Made by a program: the position numbers and the translations under genes
The notes under the pieces: model-generated
What the model was told of the DNA's origin: nothing
Seen by the model: only the letters and a program-made list of their open reading frames with translations
Database searches by the model: none
Origin: Balamuthia mandrillaris
Lineage: Eukaryota
DNA length: 64,000 bases
Direction of reading: 5' to 3'
Assembly: GCA_031835245.2 (NCBI GenBank)
Contig: JAVKOQ020000053.1
Location: 62,001 to 126,000 of the forward strand
Part shown: one piece after another, positions 57,369-64,000 of the stretch
How the letters are laid out: every line of letters starts with the position of its first letter
Numbering within the stretch: position 1 is the stretch's first letter

Positions 57369-58515
57369 GTGAAGAGGAGAAAACATGAGGGATGTGCGGC
57401 CCTTGCGCATATCCTTCCTCCGTTTTCTCTTTTTTCTCAGTTTCATTGGAAATGGAGAAAAGGATTACGAAGCTACAACGTTTTTGAGAACAGTTGGACA
57501 CGACAGCGCACTTTGCCTCTTTCCTTCTTTTTTTCGTCCTTGTTTTTTATTTATTATATGGGGTAACGCAGCATCGGACCCTGAGTGCTCCCGCCGAAGC
57601 TTCCTTTGCGGCGGTTGCGCTTCGTTGGCGCAGAAGAGGCTTACCCCTACAATCTCATTCGGCTTCGTTTGCCGCTTACCCTAACATTCTCTCTGTTCTC
57701 TCCCTCCCTCTCCCTCCCTCACTCTCCTCCCCTCCCCTTCCCTACATCTTCCTCTATCGCCAAACTCAAGCATACTCCTACAGCAGAACTATCTTCCCCT
57801 GCTCGTTGGCTGCTTCCCTTTCCACCATAGAGGAATGGCCGTACCCTTCTCTCAAATCATGACGCCTGGAATACACGTAGTGGACAAAATCATCTCCACA
57901 CAGCTGGTCGCCAAGGTAGGTAGGTGGTACGCTCTTTCTCCTTTTTGTCTGCCGCCCTTCTTTTCTTGTTGCTTCGCTGTGCATGCATGACAGCCTGCGT
58001 GCATCAGCAGCGGCAGCGGCGGTTTGACCTCCTCCCAATACAATGCATATCAACGCCCACATATCTCTGACGTGTGGGCGTGTACGAATGTACATGCGGG
58101 AAGGAAACAAAGGAGACTGTTTGCAAGCCAAACCTACCACACCCTTTCCCTCTTGCTTGACTTCTTCCCTTCCTTCCCTCCTCCTTTGTCTTCACTGTCG
58201 ATATGGAGGGGAGGGGAGAAGAGCTCCTCTTTTTTTTTTTGATGCGTTTGGTCGTCGGGAGGAGGTCCAACCGCCACTTGCTGCTGTTTGCTTGCTGAGG
58301 CTGCCCGCTCTTCCGCGTGTTGTTGTGTTGGTGAACCGCCACCTGTTTCCCTCCTGTTTGCCTTTCTGCCCCCCAAATTTTCAAAACAAAGCCACCATTC
58401 CTCCTTTCATCAACCTCGTTTCTTCTCATGTTTGCGTCGTACGGTTCCGCTGCTGCCGTTTTGTTGTTGCGACGGAGAGTTAGTCGTCACGTCGCCTGCT
58501 TGGGCGAACCGCAAA
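57364..58515 (+). ncRNA. Candidate large structured RNA (DDX5 3' UTR element or independent ncRNA); strand assumed from G-U pairs
   Basis: Manually verified helices: 57364-57441 hairpin, 57560-57647 four-way junction, 58018-58036/58257-58275 (18/19 bp), 58053-58081 hairpin. No convincing protein ORF. Confidence 0.5.
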
Positions 58516-58635
58516 AAAAGAGGGAAAGAAGGTGGATAGTCCTTGAGAAAATAAAGGTAGTGTGTGTATGTAAGTGAAGCTGAAAGGAATGCTGTACAAG
58601 TTCGCCAAACATATTTTGGGGGTTGTTACCACGGT

Positions 58636-59248
58636 TTACTTGGTGGTGGAGGAGGAGGGACGCTTGCTTCGTACAACCATGACAGGGATAGGAGAGTGGT
58701 GGACCATAAAGTGAGAGACGGAACCAAGGAAGCCTCGCAGCTTGCCTCCACCTCTGCTGCCAACCACCACCAGGTCCGCTTTATGCTCCTCAGCCAGCTG
58801 CAGGAGCAACTCTCGCGCATCAGAAAACGCTGGAGTGTGAAGATGAATCTTGTAGTGCAGCCCTGTTTCTTCGTTCATCTAAGAACAAGAAGAGAGAGAA
58901 AGCGTTTCAGTGTACAGCTGAAGAGGGAAAGGAATATAGTAACAACCAAACCTCATTAACCACTTTCTGGACCCCCTTCTTGAGCTTCTCTTTGTAATAG
59001 TTGCCTTGGTCTAAGCTCAAGACATAGGCGACGTGGATAGTGTCCTTCTCGGAGGCAAGGGAGAGGCACCTCCGCAGTGCCTGGTAGCCGGGCTTGCTGG
59101 TGTCGCACCCCACCAAAAACGTGCGGGGAGCGGGGCCAGCGTGTTTCAAATCTCGCTCCTTCACAGCGTGGTCCTCCTTTTTCCTGCCCGTCTGACCGCC
59201 GGTGACGACGGTCTTGGCCCACAGGGAGTCTTCTGTTTGTTTTTCCAT
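58636..59248 (-). CDS. Universal stress protein (USP) family protein, 2 exons
   Basis: [25 protein letters not shown] and [51 protein letters not shown]. Confidence 0.9.
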
Positions 59249-59300
59249 CAGGCTGGGATGGTGGCTACCCAAGACTATATTTTGTTTTCGATTTTCTAAA

Positions 59301-59341
59301 TATACGCTACTAAACCAATTTTATTGGTTTAGTAGCGTATA
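59301..59341. repeat. Perfect 19-bp inverted repeat with a 3-nt loop
   Basis: TATACGCTACTAAACCAAT-TTT-ATTGGTTTAGTAGCGTATA. Confidence 0.95.
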
Positions 59342-59536
59342 ACGATTTGTTGGGTCGCCATTTCCAAATTTGGTAATTATTCACAGATTCAAACCCAAAT
59401 CAGGACAATTTGGCTGAAATAAGGTATATTACAATTTTCTTAGCTTTTTCTGGGGATTCTGTACAATATTTCCGTTCGAAAAGGAAAAAAGATGTTGTTT
59501 TGCTTTATGTGATGCCGGCATGGCCATTGCAGTGGG

Positions 59537-60049
59537 TCAAAAGTCGGCGGATGGCGAAGAGGAGAGCGTGGGACTGCTTGGACGAAGGACAACCGAGACG
59601 GTTGCTCTTCGCGTTGGGCTACGAGGGGGTGGGGAAGTGGTCCCCGTCTTCATGACGGTCCTCGGCTGGTCTGTGGGGGAAGGGCACTCGGTGCCACAAC
59701 GGCAAGTGTTGGCAGGGAGGCGGTGGTGGCGGTGGCTAGGAAGAAGGGGAACGTTTCTGGTCCAACAAGCCATCGGCTGTAACAAAGCAGAAGACGCAGT
59801 AGAGGGGGAAGAGGCAGAGGGAGAAGAGGAAGAAGAGGAAGAGGAAGTTGGGGTAGGATCTAGTTCATATACACCAGAAAGAGGGTCGTTGGCAAAGTCG
59901 ATCCCCCATTTTTCTTTCATGGCCTCCATGTGTTGTTGCTGAAGACCGGTCAGCCATTCGATGGTGTCCTCCACAACGTTCGATTGCTGGTCCTGGAACA
60001 ATGCTTTATGACACGCTAATGACCTTCTTCGTGAACGTGGTTGTGCCAT
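59537..60049 (-). CDS. Cip/Kip (CDI-domain) cyclin-dependent kinase inhibitor-like protein, single exon
   Basis: ACHKALF...EAMKEKWGIDFANDPLSGVYEL aligns by eye with p27 ACRNLF...EASQRKWNFDFQNHKPLEGKYEW; disordered tail with several SP/TP sites. Confidence 0.65.
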   Translation of the reverse strand: MAQPRSRRRSLACHKALFQDQQSNVVEDTIEWLTGLQQQHMEAMKEKWGIDFANDPLSGVYELDPTPTSSSSSSSSPSASSPSTASSALLQPMACWTRNVPLLPSHRHHRLPANTCRCGTECPSPTDQPRTVMKTGTTSPPPRSPTRRATVSVVLRPSSPTLSSSPSADF

Positions 60050-60362
60050 CGCAGAGGCGAGTAGGGTACGTGAGATGCTAGTGCTTGCTTTTAGCAGATA
60101 GCTGCTATCAAATGATGATGGATGGTTGTTTCTTCTATCCGAAAAAGAAAGAAACAAAAAAAAAAAGAAGGAGAAAATGATTAAAAAAAAGTGGGCACTG
60201 TTCTGAATGTTATTTTTGGAATGTCTTTGATTAAAAATTTTTTCATATTAATGGTTTAATTGTTCGTTCCCCGTAAAATGAGGTACTCGTTGTAATGCGT
60301 GGATACCCACCCATTCTGGGCCCCCCGGTGCGATGCGTGCTGCTATTTCGTTGTCTTTGTGT

Positions 60363-60375
60363 TTTTGGCGGGAAA
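60363..60375. promoter_or_regulatory. E2F-like site TTTTGGCGGGAAA upstream of the CKI-like gene
   Basis: Reverse complement TTTCCCGCCAAAA fits the E2F/DP consensus; an identical 13-mer lies at 42102-42114. Confidence 0.45.
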
Positions 60376-60529
60376 GAAAGGGCTTGACCTCCTTTCCCTT
60401 TTCTTCAAACAGGGCTGGGGATAGATCTCTTGGTCATGATTGCGCTGTCGAAAAAAAGACACAAAAATCAGTCCAACGAAGTCGTTCACTGCGACTGGAA
60501 CCATTTCGTTTATATTACTTAAAGTACAA

Positions 60530-63500
60530 CTAATATTGATCATTAGTCCCTCGTCGCAGAATCACGGAGCCTCTGGATTTGTGGTGGGATATTATCTTGG
60601 CCACATAGGTGCTCACTGAATGGTCCTTTAGCTTCCAAAAAGAGCCGCTGTAGTTTAGCCCCACTGGTTTCTGTTGCATTTGGGGAGAGACAACGCGAAG
60701 GACAATGAAGAAGCGGGTTGAGAAACTAAATGAGCAATAACCACAACCAGGTGCAAGAACAAAGCAGAAGAAGAAACAAACCGCAGCAAATTCTCCTGTC
60801 TTTTCAATGTGGATAACATTTCCTACTTGGAAGTAAGAACCAGACGGAACACCTGGCACAACATCCATGTTATTTATAACTCGATAGTATACAGTAGTAG
60901 AGGCCCACTGTAAGAGAGCTTCGTGTAACTCTTTGCAAGCTACAGCTGGTTGGCCGAACGTGTAAACCGCTAGAACAAAGAATATGTAAGAGAAAAGCAA
61001 AAGAGAAAAGAGCAAACGGATGGGATAAAAACATACCAGATACAGGGATGTATTGCTTGATAGGCGATTGTGCAAGCCGCACCTGTTTGATACCTTCGTT
61101 GGCTTGACTCTTAAGGATGCCCATGTTGTTTTGCAAATCTCCAGATTTCCATTCGCTCCACTCTTGCACCGGTTTATTGCCATTGGGAGGATTATGCAAG
61201 GTGAAATGAGCAAACGCCAAGTTTGCCAATGCTCCGCCTTTTAAAAGAACAAAACGAAAACGTCATAAGGGAAGTACGAAAAGGTTGCCAGAGGAAAGGA
61301 GATAAAAGAAGGATGAAAGACAAGGAAGAAAGAAAATACGTAAAACTTACCAAGCGAGTGGCCAGTTAAAAATAGAGGGAGCTGAGGGTTGCTTTGACGA
61401 GCACGCTGGATAAACTTTACCACTTTGGAAGCGACCGTCATGAAAGCTTTGTTGAATCCGATATGAACCCGTATATCTGGAAAGAATATGAATGGGGTAC
61501 ACTGCAACAGAAAAAATTAGAAAAATACAACGTTTTGCCAAAGGAGCAGGACAGTACAGTATTTATCTTAACATTGGTGCTCCAGTGTTTCATGGACTTG
61601 GTGCCACAGAAAGAAATAATGATAAACTGATCGTTCGCCATCCCAAAGCCCTTTGTACCAGTCGTCTTATCATAAAAATACGAGAAATGTTTAAACTCTA
61701 GCAACATTGAAGACAAAGTTGGATCAGTAAAAAAAAATAGCGAGAAGAGGAGCATCAGTACTCCAAATATTGGTTGCAACATCGCTGATAACCACAAAGT
61801 CTTCGTAGGCGAGTGCAGCGGCATGAACCAGCCATGTGCAGTGACCAGGGTTGTAGTCCTTTGTGGCAAAGGCTTCGGGCGTTAGGTCGAACGGATAGAC
61901 CAGAGAATGCGTAGAGCAGAAAACTACGCCTGGTGATCTTGTTGAATGTAGAGTTTGCTTTAGGTTTCTCATACTTGGAAGAGAGTTACGGCGTTGCAAT
62001 CCCATCTTAACAAGAAAGTGTTAGCCTAAACGCGACCCAGACGAAGAAACGAGCAAGAAGAACGAGGAAAAGAAGTCGAGCAATGGAGAAGAGAGACGAC
62101 AAAAGACAGGGAAAGAAGCTACACTACCACTTTTTCTGTGCCGAAACTTTGAGGGGTAAAGCCAAGCTGAATTTGACCGTGCAGAACGCCTTGTAGTTTG
62201 AACACTTTGATGGTTTCCTTGAACTTAGTGGGCCACTCTGGCTCAGGCGACAAGTCGGCATCTAGGTTGATAACGACCGTACCCAATCCTTCTTTTCGAG
62301 CAAAGTCACGATCCTACGATTCATGAATAAACCATTAGACGAAGAACAATGGGGAAGTGAAGGGGAAGGAGAAGGGGAAGGAGGAGAAGAACATAAACAA
62401 AAACACGAACAAAGAACCTACCCAAACCTCTACTACGATTTTGTCCACAACGGGCAAAAAGAAAATATCATTCCAAATGGGGCTCAGAGTCTTGTTGGGA
62501 ATGAGATTGGTTACTTCTTTTCATTGCAGTAAGAAAAAAAAGCAAGAACTTACCTTCTTTTTGGTTTTAGTCTTGAAAATGCGATATCCAGCCCCTTTGA
62601 TGCGACAAAAAGGGTCGCTGCTGCCATTACTGTCTGCTGCTATCAGGTTTGTCGCGCTGATAACTCTCAGCTTGACACATCGGTAGTCCATGCCTTCTTC
62701 TTCCCTGTTCTCTTCTTGCTTCAACTGTTTGTCCAACACTCTTTGTTCATCTTTGAGCTCTTCATAGCCTGCTCCAAAGTTAAGAGGAGTAAAGCCTATT
62801 TCAATCTGACCCGAAGCAACGCCGGTCAACTGGAACGCCTTCACAGCTTCTTTGTATTGAGTGGGGTAGTCGTTCACGTCTTTGAAAGATTCGGTAATGG
62901 AAAGCGATATTTCACCCAAACGGTCAGCTGACCCTATGCGATTCCAATCCTTTTTTGTTTGATAAAACTACACTTAGAGGAAAAAGAGAAGCGAAATCAA
63001 AATAAGAAAGAAAGTGAAATACTTACGAAGACCTTTAACAAAATGCTATCTTTGGTGTGCACATTGAGCTCTTCGTTCCATTGAGGATCAAGGGTCTGAA
63101 CATTCATGGATGTTGTGTGAGTAAGGGTAGATAGAGGAGAGGAGAAAGAGAAAGGGAGAAACTTGAACCTTTTTGATAACTTTGGTGCTGTAGGTTTTTT
63201 GCTTGGCGAAGACCTTACAATAGGGATCGCTAAAACCATTCTTATCGCCTGCAACAAGTTCGCGTGCTCTAATGATTCTGACCTTAACTGCATAAATCTT
63301 GCTCTCATTTTCATCCTCCTCTTCGCTCTCGTCTTCATCATCCCAATCTCCAGTGCTTAGTGTTGACTCGTCTTTTTCATCTTCTTCTTGCTGCTCTTGT
63401 GTTATATTCTCCTGTGTGTGCTTTGCCTTCCTCTGCTTCTTCTTTTTCAGCTTCGTTTCCTTTCCGAAGCTGAGTGGAGTCACTCCTATTTCAAGACGAC

Positions 63501-64000
63501 CAGATTCAACGTCTTCCAGAGGAATAGTTGTAACCACTTCTTTGAGCTTTGTTGGGAACGAATGAAAGTCGGAGAAGGTAGTATTCAGATCAACAGTGAC
63601 TTGACCCAGAGGATCGTCCTTTGTAAAAAGATCCCAATCCTGTTTAGCAAACAACGGAATAAGAAAATGTGACACAGCAAAGAGGAGAATATAAAACAAG
63701 CGCATGAGGCTAGAAAATAGAAGTGATGGGTACCCAAGCTTCAATCTTAAAAGTGTTATCTTTAATGCAAACAGTAAACTCTTCTTCCCAAACAGGATCC
63801 AATGTCTGTTATCGAGTTTAAACAGTGAGTTCAATGCAAATAATAAAAAGAGGAGCACGTTGCTTCCTTGATACCTTCTTGATTATTCTAGTCTTGTGAG
63901 TTCTTCTTCCCCCAATTATCTTGCAGTAAGGATCGCTATAGCCATTTCTGTCTGCAGCTATCAGGTCCATTCCTTGAATGATCCGTACCTTTATCACTTT
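60530..64000 (-). CDS. Multi-C2-domain class-3 lipase, multi-exon, 5' end outside the window
   Basis: Three C2 starts (VRIIQGMDLIAADRNGYSDPYC, VRIIRARELVAGDKNGFSDPYC, LRVISATNLIAADSNGSSDPFC) then lipase_3 motifs VHIGF, LFLTGHSLG|GALA, VYTFGQP, RVINNMDVVPGVP, DHSVSTY. Confidence 0.88.

Noticed and set aside
57385..57441. SECIS element after the DDX5 UGA
   Set aside because: AUGA is present, but the 3' GA of the kink-turn quartet and the apical AA are missing.
57560..57647. tRNA or RNase P/MRP call for the cloverleaf
   Set aside because: No T-loop GTTCRA or D-loop consensus, wrong arm sizes, and too short for P/MRP.
57778..58539. Short ORFs on both strands downstream of DDX5
   Set aside because: No motifs, mostly non-ATG starts; base-pairing explains the region better.

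Overview
Gene-dense, intron-rich eukaryotic DNA, not prokaryotic. The short GT-AG introns full of (CT)n tracts, the homopolymer-rich proteins and the gene set (PKBR1-like AGC kinase, vinculin-like protein, Cho2-type methyltransferase) suggest an amoebozoan. Balamuthia/Acanthamoeba-like is my inference and is not verified. About 21 protein-coding genes can be reconstructed across introns: UvrD/Srs2-like helicase (5' end outside the window), TAF7, CrtR-like desaturase/hydroxylase, MORN-variant repeat protein, FHA+AAA ATPase, ArfGAP, intronless SF3B1, TSG101/Vps23, VIPAS39-like, AGC kinase, SLX4-like, vinculin-like, an orphan kinase-like coiled-coil protein, glyoxylate reductase, Cho2/PEM1, a chromo-barrel-UBR7 fusion, RABL6, DDX5/Dbp2, USP, a Cip/Kip-like CDK inhibitor and a multi-C2 class-3 lipase (5' end outside the window). 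The most striking unexplained signal is the ~1.2 kb downstream of DDX5/Dbp2. It holds a ~32-bp hairpin over the stop codon, a four-way junction hiding a splice-donor-like site, an 18/19-bp long-range helix with nested hairpins, and a telomere-template-like 11-mer. The gene's conserved motif-V intron also uses a GC donor. This may be a structured autoregulatory 3' UTR or an unannotated ncRNA, possibly telomerase RNA. Other highlights are the chromo-barrel-UBR7 fusion, a Cip/Kip-like gene with an E2F-like site upstream, an animal-like three-UBZ SLX4, A-rich intron acceptors and a perfect 19-bp palindrome. CDS coordinates are gene spans including introns. All family calls come from motif recognition by eye, with no database searches.
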